A DNA stretch of 64,000 bases, from positions 64,001-128,000 of the IMG/VR virus record IMGVR_UViG_3300048592_000962; one strand, given 5' to 3'. The notes beneath the pieces were generated by a model, which was not told the origin of the DNA, ran no database searches, and saw only the letters and a program-made list of their open reading frames with translations. Of the stretch, positions 46,849 to 59,014 are shown piece by piece (the stretch's first letter is position 1; each line of letters starts with the position of its first letter). Position numbers and translations under genes: made by a program. Origin of the DNA: a virus.

Positions 46849-47273
46849 CTTCTGATTACCTTCTGGAGCTGCGCGAGAGCGGGCGGCGGCCCTTCTCCGG
46901 CGGGACACACGTAGAACACGGGGACGTCGCTCAAGCGGATGGCCAGAAAGCGCAGCGCCCTCGTTGTCGCCTCTTTAGCCGACCGCGCACGGATGCCAGT
47001 CACCGAAGGTTTGTCCGTGTCGGTCGCGAACCATGCTTCCCACCACCCTGCCCCGTCGAAAGCAGGCCTGTCGCCTTGCTCTTGCTGCCCCATCTCGCCG
47101 CCCCTCTTCGCAAGAAGTGCCGTCTCTCCGGCTGTCACGCCCTTGGGGCTGACGTTGCCCTCACCTCCTAAGGCGAGATCCACCGCGAGCTGCGCCCGTT
47201 TGAAGCGGACGGTCGGGCTCGCACCGCGTCTGTACCGCGAGACCACGCTAGCAGGGTCGTCGGCAGCGGTCAA

Positions 47274-47369
47274 TAGATACCTTTAGATACCTTTACGACA
47301 GGTCACATAATATCGATTATGTATTTTCTTTTTGACCCGTTGGGAATATTGACGTAGCTTGTCTCTCGT
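47274..47369. promoter_or_regulatory. AT-rich divergent control region
   Basis: TAGATACCTT twice (47274-47293); ACATAAT-N4-ATTATGT (47305-47322); + strand TTGACC-N17-TAGCTT (47332-47360). Confidence 0.7.
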
Positions 47370-48272
47370 ATGTCGACACCCAGGAAGGCCCCCAAGCCGT
47401 CGCGTGGCAGACCTCGAAAGGAGGCGGTGCCCTATGAGGCGCCCACGGCAGACGAGATGAGGCACGGGGCGTTCCTGCGCTGCGTTCAGTGTGAGAAGGA
47501 GTGGCCGCTACGCCTGGCCGTGCCGAAAGCGAGACGCTGCGCAAACTGCGCTCGGGAATCTTGGCGCTCCAAGAAGACTGACCCGGTAGAGCGCGAGCCG
47601 GCCGACTGGCCGCGCAAGCCCAAGAATGACTACGTGCCGCCAACAGCGGATGATCGCAAGCACGGCAACTTTCTGCACTGTGTCGAGTGTGAACGAGATT
47701 GGCCTCTTCAGTTTACCGTGCCCAGCCTCGATCGCTGCGTAAACTGCGCGCGAGGCTGGTGGCGTGCCCAGAAGACCGAGCGAACCGGTCATCGATGGAG
47801 CAAGTACGGACTAACGCCAACCGACGTTCTTGAAATGCTTTCCGAGCAAAGCAGCAGGTGTGCGATCTGCTCGAAAGCTATTACGGCAGAAAAATGCCAC
47901 GTTGACCACGACCATTCGACCGGAGCAATCCGCGGACTACTCTGCAAGCGGTGTAACTGCTCGATCGGGCACTTCGATGAGGACCCCGTCATCCTTCGCA
48001 TGGCCGCTACGTACATCGAGCGCCACCGCAACAAGCCATCGCCTACACGTCCTCGCGTCATGCGGACGGTGCCCAAAATCCCTTTGCGTCCAAAGAAGCC
48101 TTTCCATTTCGTGACCCGAGATGGCGAACGTATCGACCTAAAGGATCCGACCACGCGCGAGCGGCTGGCCACGGACACCGTGCTGCGACGCGAAATGGAT
48201 GCGTTCTGGGCTCACAAGTTCTCCGACAAATCCAAGAGCGGCCGGTCGCCTAACGGAGACGATGAGTCATGA
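47370..48272 (+). CDS. Endonuclease VII-like (His-Me finger) nuclease with two tandem N-terminal zinc-ribbon repeats
   Basis: KYGLT..Q..RCAIC..HVDHDH.TG.IRGLLC..CN..IG; two copies of PTAD..HG.FL.CV.CE..WPL..C.NCAR..WR. Confidence 0.85.
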   Translation: MSTPRKAPKPSRGRPRKEAVPYEAPTADEMRHGAFLRCVQCEKEWPLRLAVPKARRCANCARESWRSKKTDPVEREPADWPRKPKNDYVPPTADDRKHGNFLHCVECERDWPLQFTVPSLDRCVNCARGWWRAQKTERTGHRWSKYGLTPTDVLEMLSEQSSRCAICSKAITAEKCHVDHDHSTGAIRGLLCKRCNCSIGHFDEDPVILRMAATYIERHRNKPSPTRPRVMRTVPKIPLRPKKPFHFVTRDGERIDLKDPTTRERLATDTVLRREMDAFWAHKFSDKSKSGRSPNGDDES

Positions 48273-48781
48273 CTCATAACGAAGTGTCTTCGCTGCGTTC
48301 TCGCCTGAAGATGTCGCGCGCCCAGTTCGCGCGGCTGACGGGGGTCGACGTTCGCACCGTGTCGCGCTGGGAGTCGCCAAACGGTCCCCGGCCGACGGGC
48401 GCAGGGGCCGCCGTGATCCGTGCGATCGTCGAGGCGATCGCGCTGCGCCCCCACGTGGAGGACAAGAACCTCCTGATTGAATCGATTCGTCGCGACGTCG
48501 AAATCGGCGGACTCTCCTACCTCCTCGTCCGCCTTCTCCAAGAGCGCCGCGTCGAGCACAAGCCCCCAGAAGAACAGGTGAGAGCCCGCATACAGCAGCA
48601 GAGCCAGGAAGCTTTGGCTCGGATGATCGTTGCGCTGACGGAAAGCGGCGTGTCGATTGAGCGCAAGAAAGATGTCCCGTACTTCTTCGCGGACGGTGAG
48701 AAGATCGTGCGCCTGCTGAACAACGAGCGAACGCTCGGGCGCATCGCGGGCGGTCAGTTCGTCGCCGACCCAGAGACGTGA
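48269..48781 (+). CDS. XRE-family HTH regulator
   Basis: LRSRLKMSRAQFARLTGVDVRTVSRWE..P. Confidence 0.85.
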   Translation: MTHNEVSSLRSRLKMSRAQFARLTGVDVRTVSRWESPNGPRPTGAGAAVIRAIVEAIALRPHVEDKNLLIESIRRDVEIGGLSYLLVRLLQERRVEHKPPEEQVRARIQQQSQEALARMIVALTESGVSIERKKDVPYFFADGEKIVRLLNNERTLGRIAGGQFVADPET

Positions 48782-50651
48782 GCGGTCTCGAAGCGCCAAC
48801 GTTCGACCGGGATGACCTTGTGTGGAGACTTCTTCGACTTCTTCACGTGTCGTCCTTTCCAGAGGCTCGTTCCGCGGCGCCATCGACAAGAACCAAATGT
48901 CCAGCCGGCTCGTAGCAAAACACCGCCGAAGCAATGTCTGCGGTCCGCGCAACGATCCGGTACCTCGCCATCAAACAGGCGACAAGGCCGCCGTCACGAA
49001 GTTGACGATTTTCGAGCTGAATGCGGCTGTCCGACGGGAGCAAGTATTCGCGTGGGAACGCTCCCCCAAACAGCTCAAGCTCCGGATACAAGTCCGGAGG
49101 CTTCAACATGGATGGCCATCCGTCTCCGTAGAAAACAACAACATGGCCGTCGCCCTGCCGAGACTCGGTCGGTGGCGGCATCATGGCGTGATTCTCGTCC
49201 CACGCCCGTTGCTCCACGACAAGCGCGTGGCTTCGGAACTGCACGTGATATCCGTAGCCCTCGAACGCCTTCGCTACTTCGCGCTCGAACAGGTTCGTGA
49301 GCACGGCGGCGCGGAACATTTCTCGGGCCGGCCAATGCTCCGCGCGTAGCCCGTTGAGTCGCACTCCGTCGACCGCGTCGCGAACAATTGCGCGGGCCGC
49401 CTCGTAGGACATCCGTGTCACGGCTCGTGTCTTCCTGTCGGAGTCTTCATGACTCAGATTCGCAGTCGTCGGTCATCGCCAGATCGTCAAGTAGGTCGCG
49501 GTCTTCCTCGAAGTGCTCGATGATCATCGCGCGAGCCGCGTCCACGTCTCCGCTGTCGAGCGCAGAAAGAATCAGCTGCTCTTGGCTGTTGAGGACCGAG
49601 TGGTATTCCTCCAGCTGAGGATCGGACTCGACCGGGGGAAGCGCCGGCTGGTCCGCGAGCGTTGGCGGCTTGCTCAGCAGCTCATCGGTCTTGCGCTGCC
49701 ACGCGATGCGGGCGAAGAGCGTTGCGGCAAACGAGCCGATGCTGATCCACGCGCACGTCGCGATCACAGGCGCCGCCGATCCGTCGCGAAGCGCCAACGC
49801 AAAGACCACCGGCGGTCCGATCTGCAACGCGATAAACCACCATGCGAACCGCGTCATGGTCTGAACCCGCCTCTCCAGCATCTTGCGCAGGCAGTCACCG
49901 CAATCACTTCGCCACCTTCTTCGGCTTTTCGATCTTCGCGACAGTCGTTGTTTTGACGCGGAGTCGCGTGCCGATCTCACGACCCCCTGCGTACATGCCC
50001 GCGACCACGGGGGCGCCCGGAACCGCGTACGCGCGGGACGCACCAGGCTTTCCGACGATCGTGAACACGCGAGCCCACAAGCGGTTCTCCCCCGGAGGAT
50101 CGCCTTCTCGTGGTCCAACGACCTCGTACACCGCTTCTCCCTCGGTCCTCATACTCTCGACGGCCATCGTTCACTCCCCTTGTAGGCGCTGATGCGCGCC
50201 GGACTCGACGGACTTGCGTTTCACTCTTCGATCTCCCCGCCGCTGAGCAGCGTCTCCAACTCGTTCGCGATCTTCTGCACCTCCAGCGCATGACCCGCCA
50301 AGTCACCGCCGAGGTTAGGGACGCTGAACTTACGCAGCGACTCCGCGCGTTCGACCAGCCTCTTCTGGTACAGCGTGATGCGAGCGACGATCGGCTCGGC
50401 GCCAACATCTCTTTGCTCATGCTCTCGAAACGGCTTCCACTCGAACTCGTACTCCGGCAGCCAGTGGTCGCACACGGGACAGTGCAGATACGGCGACTTG
50501 ATGTGCTCTGAGTCGGGACCGAAGCCCTTTGTTCGATGAAAGTCTGCACGGGTGGCTCGCAGTTCTGATCTGCAACTGGTGCAGACAGCGTCGCCCACCT
50601 CTCGGGGCTGCAAGTGCCGCTCTCGCTTGACGAGGATGGTGACGGCCATGA

Positions 50652-51506
50652 CTACACCGCCACAGGCGCTGAGATCCGCGGATGCGGATCGTACCCCTCC
50701 AACCGAACATCCTCGAAGCGCATCGAGAACAAGTCCGTGGCATTCGACTCGATGACCACCAGCGGCAAGCGCCGAGGCTCACGGCCCATCTGCTCCATCG
50801 CCTGCTCCACGTGGTTGTTGTAGAGGTGCACGTCGCCGAACGAGTGGACGAACTCGCCGGGCATGAGTCCCGAGACGTGTGCGAGCATCTCGGTGAGCAG
50901 CGCGTAGCTCGCGATGTTGAAGGGCACCCCGAGGAACACGTCCGCACTCCGCTGGTAGAGATGGCAGCTGAGCTTGTCGTCCTGGACGTAGACCTGGAAC
51001 AGGGTGTGGCACGGGGGAAGCGCCACCTGGTCCGCCTCGCGAGGGTTCCAGCCGCTGACGATGAGGCGACGGCTGTTCGGATTGCGACGAATCTCTGCGA
51101 CGAGCCAGGCCAACTGGTCGAACCCGTCCTTGGCGTACGAGCCATCCTCCAGCTTCGTCGCACCGAAGTTCCTCCACTGGTGCCCGTAGACGGGGCCGAG
51201 GTCACCGGGCTCGCGGCCGAAGCGAGCGCATTGCTCCGGGGTGGCCCACTCGTCCCAGATCGAGACGCCTGCGTCTTGGAGGGGCTTCACGTGCGTCTCG
51301 CCCCGAATGAACCAGAGCAGCTCGTGGAGGATCGACTTGAAGTGCATGCGCTTCGTCGTCAGCAGCGGGAAGCCCTGCGACAGGTCGAACCGGAGCTGCG
51401 CGCCGAACAAGCTGCGGGTCCCGGTGCCCGTGCGATCGCCGCGCCGCGCCCCGCGCTCCATGATCTGCTTCACCAAGTCGAGGTACTGAGCATCCACGTG
51501 GCCCAT
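50652..51506 (-). CDS. thyA: Thymidylate synthase (frame extends upstream to 51686)
   Basis: [71 protein letters not shown]; GGAGG RBS before ATG 51506. Confidence 0.97.
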   Translation of the reverse strand: MGHVDAQYLDLVKQIMERGARRGDRTGTGTRSLFGAQLRFDLSQGFPLLTTKRMHFKSILHELLWFIRGETHVKPLQDAGVSIWDEWATPEQCARFGREPGDLGPVYGHQWRNFGATKLEDGSYAKDGFDQLAWLVAEIRRNPNSRRLIVSGWNPREADQVALPPCHTLFQVYVQDDKLSCHLYQRSADVFLGVPFNIASYALLTEMLAHVSGLMPGEFVHSFGDVHLYNNHVEQAMEQMGREPRRLPLVVIESNATDLFSMRFEDVRLEGYDPHPRISAPVAV

Positions 51507-54044
51507 CTGTATTTCCTCCGCGCACTCGATCTCGATGCCAAAATGGCGACCAAGCTCCACGAGCGCCTCTTTCTTTCCCGCACGCACGCCACTGCTGAAA
51601 TCGTCGTGGTGATCCCAGTGGGCAGCGCTGATGCGCTCGTACTCTACCACGAGTCGATCGCGCAACCGCTTCTGCATCTCAAGCATGCACCCTCAGAAGG
51701 TAGTCGGGGTAGAACTGGACTCGATCTCTCTGGTCGACGTCCAGTCCACGTCACGTGTACCGTGAATCGTGAAGATGTTCTCCAGAGAGCGCCTTAGTAG
51801 GCGCTGCGCGCGCCACGAAGACGCTGCCTGCGGTTCATTCTCGTTCACAAGCGCCTCAACGCGAACGACGATCCCTCTGTCGCGCTCGTACGCAAACACT
51901 TTGCCGACAACTCGCTCTTGCCGACGCCATAGCCACCACCCGACCTGGTAGGCCATGTGTGCGCGGAAGTACCCCCCTCCGAGCCTTTCTGCCTTTAGAT
52001 GCAGCAGCTTCATCGCTTGAGCGCCCGGCGCTGATGCGCCTCCAGCGACGGGTCGATGTCGACCCAGGCGAGCTTCCAGATCGGAAGCCCCACAACCTCT
52101 GCGAGATGCCTGACGCTCGCAAGCATCCGCTCCTGCGCATGCTCGTAACTCGTCATCGAGGTGGTCATGTAAACCGCCGACTCCAGCAGGCCGTGGTCCG
52201 TCAAATCCCACGGGGGCGCGGAGAACAACCTGAAGCCAATGAACTTCAGCTCCAGCGTCTCTCTGTTCAACTCGTGCGACATGCACAGCCAACAGTGGTA
52301 GGCCCTATCCATGGCTCTCCTTCGCAGCTCGCATCACATGTCTCGTGTCGCGACCCATCCATAAACCTCACCCTGCACCACGCGCAGAGCGAGCCCCTTG
52401 CGCCTCAGCGCATTCAGAATGCGACCAGCTGGACGCGCGTATGCTGCGGCAGTACGAGGCGCCCTGCTCTTGTGTGCCCACATGGTTGCGCCGAGTTGGC
52501 CTGTGTGCTGTGGGCGGTCGCACGAAAGCAGAGACAGCATCTCACGCTCTGCCGGAGTCAGATCCGTAGTCACATGGGCTCCGTGTCGTGGAGAACCGAC
52601 ATGCGAACACGCACCGAGCTTCTGGTCGTCAGAAGCTCTGACCACTCTTCGTCGGTCGGAGAGAAGATACGCGTGATGCGCGTCTCCTGATCTCTCACCC
52701 AGACAGTCAGCTGACCGTCCGACGACCCGCCGACCAGAAACTGCACTGGATGCGCACCCACTTCCGGAGGTGGATTGAAAGACAGTGTTCGCTTCCCGCT
52801 CTTCTGCGGAAGAGCATCCGAGTCTGGCGCACCATACTTCGGAAAGCCGCCGACATGCTGTGAATAGAACCACCACGCCAAGGACTGCACAGGCATCCAC
52901 GCCAGAAACGTGTCAGCGCCAGATGTTATGAACCGCATCACCCACCATGTCGACCCGTCGACGACACAGCGGACCGTGCAGTCGATTACAGCGAATACTT
53001 CCTCGCGCCTATGGTCGTTGGTCATATCAAGTCCAGCATGTCGCGCAGAACCTCTTCGAGCCACGGGGCGACGATGTCCGTGGCTTCTTTCTGCGCGTCG
53101 TCGAGTGCGACGCTTGAAAGAGGCTTGTGAAAGATCTCCATCGGATGACACGTCATGTGCCACCCGGTGCGCCCCTGCACCGTGTGCACGGCGATGCGAA
53201 GCCCCGGCTTCGGTCCGAAGTGACGATGCGTTGCCGTAACCGACCCGTCGCGGCTGTCGTTCGACGTAACCTGCCACTCCTCGAAGCTACTACTCACGTG
53301 GCTTTCTCCGAATCTCGAAGCCGTAGCGATCGAGCGCGAGTGCGAGATCGTCAAATGACCAAGCCTTGCGCTGTCGGATGTCGGTCTTCCAGTCGATGAT
53401 GAGGTCCCAGATCTGCGACTTGTCCAACGCGCTCAGCTCTTCTTCGCTGCGCCGAAAGGACGCCGCGGTTACACCGGAGTCAGAGACGCCTGGGTGAAGC
53501 GCTGACTCCGGCGGAACCCGTCCCTCGCCCCTCTCCGCAAGCTGAGCAAAACACCGACGCTCGACGGCACGGATGCAGTTCTTGCACGTGTTCTCGGCCG
53601 AGCGAGTCTGCCCCAGAACCACCTCGAATCCCACGGGGCCTCGGGCCTGCCCGCAGAGCCCCGCACGACGTAGAGCTGCGCCAGACGCCGGCTTCGCATC
53701 GAAGGCGTGATAGCGCTTGCCGACCAGCGTCCAGACGTGATCAGCGCTCACGACTTCGGCCTCCACGTGCGCTCGGTGAATCCAATGCGATTTTGAAGAA
53801 GCTCTGCCGCCGCCTTCTTGGGCAAGTCAGACCACGGGATTGGCTGAACAACGATGGGCTTCCGAGGGCCACAGTAGCCCCCCTCCCATCCACCGCTCTG
53901 CGCGTCACGCGTGGCTCGTGCGATGGCCTCTCCGAACGTCAAAAAACAGACGTACCCCTCGGGCCTCTCACCAAACTCGACCTCGATGTACTCCACAACG
54001 AACGCGGTCGCTGAAGACGTGGTATCTACCTGGTCTGCCACCGT

Positions 54045-54878
54045 TCACCTCGCTCGCCATGTTTCGAGATCGCGACCGAGAAGCACCTCCGCCTCTCGAC
54101 GACCGAAGCCTCCACGTTCGGCGAGCCGCTCCGGCGTCTGGCTGCGACCGTACTTGGCCGCGTACGCCTCGTAGACCAGCAGGTGCTCTGCCCACGAAAT
54201 GACTCCGTGTCTGCGGCGATCCTCTGGTGCACCTTGAGGTCCGTCGCCCTGCACCGGTACGATTGCGTACAACTCCATGTCCTTCGTGAGCTTCTTGATG
54301 GCGTTCTCGTACTGCGACCTCGCGGGATAGATCTCAAGATTGTCCCCGATCCGATCGATGCATGCGCTCACAACCAGGGAAGCGCCCTCAATGTACCGGC
54401 GCGACCTAGCGACGATGTGCATGTTCGAGCGACGATCTGCCCACGACTGCGCCAACATTGCCTGAAGGCCTTCCAGGTTGTCCGTCTGGTCACAGAGCTT
54501 CACCAGACAGGCCTCGTGCGAAGCCTTCGACATCTTCTCGGCCTGCAACTTCTTCCTGGCCTCGCGCGGCCAAGAAGGATCGTCGGTCAACTCCTCCACG
54601 ATCAGCACCGTGGGCTCGCGAAAACCTTGATCAACCAGATCGCAGAACGTGTAGCCGCAGTCCTCCATGACGTCGTGGAGGTACGCCGCAGCCACCGTAT
54701 CAGGCGTTCGGTTGTACTGAAGGCTCTGGAACCCCAAGTTGTGCGCCACCGCGGAGGCGACACGGGCCACGTGCATGAAGTACGGCTCCTGATTCCCGTC
54801 CCTCTTCTGATCCTTGTGAGCCATCGCCGCAAACCACGCGGCGTGCGTGACGTAGTCAATATGACTGATGTGACTCAT
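54045..54878 (-). CDS. SpoT/Mesh1-type HD-domain hydrolase (small alarmone hydrolase-like) with C-terminal extra domain
   Basis: AH.DQKR..EPYFMHVARVA, AAYLHDVMED, LTDD, VKLCD..DNL. Confidence 0.85.
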   Translation of the reverse strand: MSHISHIDYVTHAAWFAAMAHKDQKRDGNQEPYFMHVARVASAVAHNLGFQSLQYNRTPDTVAAAYLHDVMEDCGYTFCDLVDQGFREPTVLIVEELTDDPSWPREARKKLQAEKMSKASHEACLVKLCDQTDNLEGLQAMLAQSWADRRSNMHIVARSRRYIEGASLVVSACIDRIGDNLEIYPARSQYENAIKKLTKDMELYAIVPVQGDGPQGAPEDRRRHGVISWAEHLLVYEAYAAKYGRSQTPERLAERGGFGRREAEVLLGRDLETWRAR

Positions 54879-55498
54879 CCGGAAGCCTCCGAAGCGGCAT
54901 CGGCCGCGTCCAACAGTTGTCGGGCTCGCCGACAGGCAGCCCAGGCGTACACCACGCGAGGTGCCGTGACGTAGAAGCTCGACGCCAGCTCTCCCACGTC
55001 CGACAGCCCGGCCTCTTCCAGCTTTTCGAGGAACGGCCGAAGGCTGTATTCGTCCTCTGGCAGGTCAAACTCGATTGCCTCGCGAAGCGCTGCGGCAACC
55101 TCGTGCTCCCCGTCCGCAGATATCGTCTGGGCCTGATCCTCAACAATCTCCGCTGCGACCTCCGGCGAAAACGAGCGCGCCAGACGATGGCTCTCATTCA
55201 TCCCGATCGAAGCCTTTTGAGAGATGTACCCCAAGCTCGGCTGATCCTTGCCGATCCACTGCAACTTCTCGCGCAGAGACCCCTTGCAGTAAGCGAACAC
55301 CACCGTATCCATGTCGCCAGTCAGAATCAGGTAGTCGAGAGCGCCGGAGACGATCTCCATCGCGTACTCACTGGTCCACCCGCCGTCCTTGTGGCGACGA
55401 CAGATCAGAACCGACGTGTCCGTCCTCGACCGAATCTCATGTTCCGCGAACGTCTTCATCGCATCTTCGATGAGATCTTCTTCGGTCTTCCTCGCCAT
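54875..55498 (-). CDS. Hypothetical protein
   Basis: GGAGG RBS, first gene after a promoter. Confidence 0.75.
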   Translation of the reverse strand: MARKTEEDLIEDAMKTFAEHEIRSRTDTSVLICRRHKDGGWTSEYAMEIVSGALDYLILTGDMDTVVFAYCKGSLREKLQWIGKDQPSLGYISQKASIGMNESHRLARSFSPEVAAEIVEDQAQTISADGEHEVAAALREAIEFDLPEDEYSLRPFLEKLEEAGLSDVGELASSFYVTAPRVVYAWAACRRARQLLDAADAASEASG

Positions 55499-55514
55499 CC
55501 TGCCTCCGAGCCCG

Positions 55515-55544
55515 ACCCTATCACAAGTGTCTGACGCGGCGCAA
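55515..55544 (-). promoter_or_regulatory. Promoter with TGTCTGACG box in the spacer
   Basis: - strand TTGCGC-N18-TAGGGT; box at 55528-55536. Confidence 0.6.
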
Positions 55545-58201
55545 GGTGCGTCGAACGTTATTTAGTCTCGACGTACACCGTGTCGGCTCCGATGCAATAT
55601 CCCGGCTTGATGAACCCGGCAGCGTGCAGGCTTTCCAGGGTCCGACGTGCCCCAAGAATTCGAGGTGCCTTCTTGCTGAATGGCAGACGATACCACGGTG
55701 GGGCGCTCGGGTTCGTCGCTTCGTACCGACGGATGGCGAGTGATATGTCGCCGATTCCTCCAAGTCGGCGGATGAGATCGAGCGCTTCACGCTGCGACTT
55801 GGACAGCACGCCGTAGCGCGTACTCGGTGGAGATGATTCTTGCTCCATTGCGCGTGTCCTTCTGTTCCCACACACCGCTGTCGACTTCCTCGTGTTCTCC
55901 CTTGCCGCCATCGTTTCCGTAGGACGGGAAGGTTGCAACGAACGCGTGCCCGCACGGGCCGAGCTTCGGTGGCTTGCGGTTCGAACCAAACAAGCGTACC
56001 GCGGCATCGCGGTACGCGGTGGTTTGCGGAGCGGGAGTACGGAATGTAACGCGGACGGGAACTGGAATGTCAGAGACTAAGGACCAGATCCAGACCACCC
56101 TCCAAACGCAAAACACGCCCGATGGGCCCCAGTCCACGCTACTCGGCATTGCTATCCGTCATGTCTGCACCGACTTTTGCCGTCTCCGGACCTCAGCCCG
56201 AGCCTCGCATTGCTTGCGATACTCCTCTTCGAGCATCTTGCTTGCTTCGTTCGCGTCGACGAATGCCAGCGCCTGTACCTCCTCCGGAGGATCCTCGTCG
56301 AACGCATCGAACCAAGACATCCCGCAGCAGAACTCCGGGTCGACAGACACTCCGGCGCCATGGCGGTCGAGAAGCTCTGCCATCAGGTGGGCACATCGTC
56401 CGCAATGCTTCCACGATGACCAGCTGCCGTCGTAGAGAACTTTCGTCTTGATGTAGAGTTGCCCAGGCGAGATGTCGCGCCGACATCCCGAGCAGACATG
56501 GCGTGTCTTGGCGCGAGCGATGTCACGAGACTCGACATCGTTGTAGCCATCGGCTTCTTCACACATCTGGCTTCCCCGATCCGGTGTTCTTGTCGAAGTG
56601 AGCAAGGATGAGCTTCTCAGCCTCGGGGTCGGCTCGGACCATTGCGACGACACGCAACAGCGCCGTGCGATTTCCGCGCAGCCAGGCCGGAAGAAACTCC
56701 TTCAGGAACCAAGTCGAATCCAGCAGCGCCTGCGAGATGTCACGCTGCGCCTTGCGCGCCTCCGCTTGCGCCGTCTGCATTGCTGCTCGGCGATTGAACG
56801 GATGATTCGGCTTCGGCTTGTACGTCACTCATGACCTCGCGAAGGATGACTGGAATCTGATCGCGCAGATGCTCTTCGAGCTGATCTGCGAAGTATTCGT
56901 ATTCGCTCGAACCCTCGAACCCCTTCTCGCGTAACCGCTCGTGCTGCTCCATCCACTTCGTACGAAGAGCGCCGACGCTTTCGATGAAGGCGACCAGAAC
57001 CACCTTCCACTTGTCAGACCACTTGTATGCGGCCTCTTTGGCCGCACGCTGCGCGTCCAGCTGCGCCATTCGCTTGCGCCTCGCCAGCGCTACGCGACGA
57101 AAATAGCCCTCCGCGATCACGAAGAACATCAGCGCCATGAACAAGCCGACGCCGGCCAAGCCCCACTCGTACTTCTCGCTCCCGTGTCCGAACACCAGAC
57201 CCGAGCCGAAGAAAGCGCCGTAGATGATCGGTCGAAGCATGTAGCGCTCGTCGAACTCTTGCTCGTCGATCATGACTCCCTCCACAAATCATCTTCCGCT
57301 GCTCGCAGCACAGTCCGACACGATGCGATCAACAAACCGGAAACGCCTCGGCGCCACATCGGCGACGTCGAGTTGTGGTGGTGCACAACCTGAACGAAGG
57401 CCGCTAGGCCAACAGCCAACATCGTGACCCCCGTAGCGGCTCCCGACCCGTCGGTGAATGGCCGCTCGGCCCAAACCCACCACAGCAGAAGCACGAGGGC
57501 AGCGTCCGTGAGCAGCGCGAAGACGAAGATCGCGATGCGAGCGAGGAGGGAGACTACATTCAACCTCCGCCTCGGAGGCGCCTTGCCGTGATGAACCCTT
57601 CCGTACGGATCCGCATTCTTCACGCCATCACCCATTCTTTCGGCTTACGTCCGTCGCTCATGGCCTCGACGGCCTGTCCGTTCATTCATCAAAGCCCTTT
57701 GTGACTGCGAAGCTCACGATCACAATCCACACCGTCGTCGCGACCGCCGCAATGAAAGCATCCGGATTGCTCGTGGTCGCATACACTGCGCCAGTGACGA
57801 GCATCGGTGCGGAAACGACGCCGATCAGAAACAGCCGGAACAACACCTGCGTCATCTTCATGACTTCGCCTCCGTTGCCCTCGCCGCACATACCGTGCAC
57901 GTCACCGTGCCGCGTGTCGGAGACGAGCGAGAAGAAACCCACTTGCCGCAGAGGGTCCATGCTCCCTCGACCATCTCCGCCTTGGTCGGCGGGTGCGCCT
58001 GCCGCTGCAAGGCACAAAACCTCACGTCGACTACGAACCCCCACAGCTCTGGTACCTGCGACGCATCGGGCTGCAACTCCTCGCGAGCCACGCGAAAAGA
58101 CACTCCGTCGACGCGCCGAACAACGACTGTCGGCTCCCCCACGTCCATGAGCACCAAGCCCCGGCCACCCCCCCAGGCGACCGGAGCCCCGCGCTCGAAG
58201 C

Positions 58202-58618
58202 TCACGGCAGCTCCGACAGCATCTTCGCGAGGCTACGCTTGGCCTTGCGGTAGTCGTCCATCGCCTGCGCGAGCTTGGCCGCCTGCGTCCCGAGCATCGA
58301 CTTCACGTGGTTCAGCGCCTTGTCGCGACGCTCGGCCGACAGCTTGATCTGGGCGGCGTGCTGCTGTCGCGCGGCCTCCAGCTCGGCGTCGAGACGAGCC
58401 ACGTCCTCGTCGTGCTCGCGATTGGCCTTCTCGATCTCCGCCTGGAACCGCACCTCCATCAAGCGCAGCTCCTTCATCGTCGACTGCGACTCGCCCAGGG
58501 CCCGGTGCAGTTCGTTCAACTGCCCCTTGCGGTTCTGAACCAGGGTGTGCGCCTTCTCCAGGGCGGCCTCGCCAACCTCGCGCGTCTCCGAACCCACCTC
58601 TGCCACGGTCTCGCTCAT
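58202..58618 (-). CDS. Coiled-coil protein (frame extends upstream through a Phd/YefM-like segment starting near 58777)
   Basis: GAGGAGG RBS before ATG 58618; upstream in-frame TITKREFLADPS..IRAA..VTV. Confidence 0.65.
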   Translation of the reverse strand: MSETVAEVGSETREVGEAALEKAHTLVQNRKGQLNELHRALGESQSTMKELRLMEVRFQAEIEKANREHDEDVARLDAELEAARQQHAAQIKLSAERRDKALNHVKSMLGTQAAKLAQAMDDYRKAKRSLAKMLSELP

Positions 58619-59014
58619 GCGCTCCTCCTCTTCTTGTTCGAGGCTCTCGCGTTGCCTCACAATGAACATTCTTGCCTGACCATCGTCATCGAGAACCGTC
58701 ACATGTCGAACGTGCTTCGCCGCACGAATCGCGGATGACGGATCTGCCAGAAACTCTCGCTTCGTGATCGTCGACACGCGCGGCTCAGCGAAAGGCGTCC
58801 GGCAGAAGCTCTTCCGCGTTGTCGCGTCGACCGAAAGCCGCCGACTTGAGCAGTCTGCTGGTGGTCTCCATCGCGTCGAAGAGCAAGCCGTCCGGTACGT
58901 CGAGAACGACACAGCGTTGAAGCCCGTCGGATGTCTTCCACTTGGTGGTCACCAGCCAACCGCCCTTCACCGTTCGATGGAACTTCGTTTCGACGGTGCT
59001 CGGAACGCCTTGAG

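Larger units (their letters stand above)
35249..47273 (-). other. Leftward run of short, overlap-coupled accessory/early genes (many hypothetical)
   Basis: Consecutive - strand ORFs of about 70-300 aa with ATGA/GTGA couplings and RBSs. Confidence 0.75.

Noticed and set aside
47370-48272. HNH-type nuclease as the Tas effector for the array
   Set aside because: 31 kb away, EndoVII-type, and no Nop-like helical region recognisable
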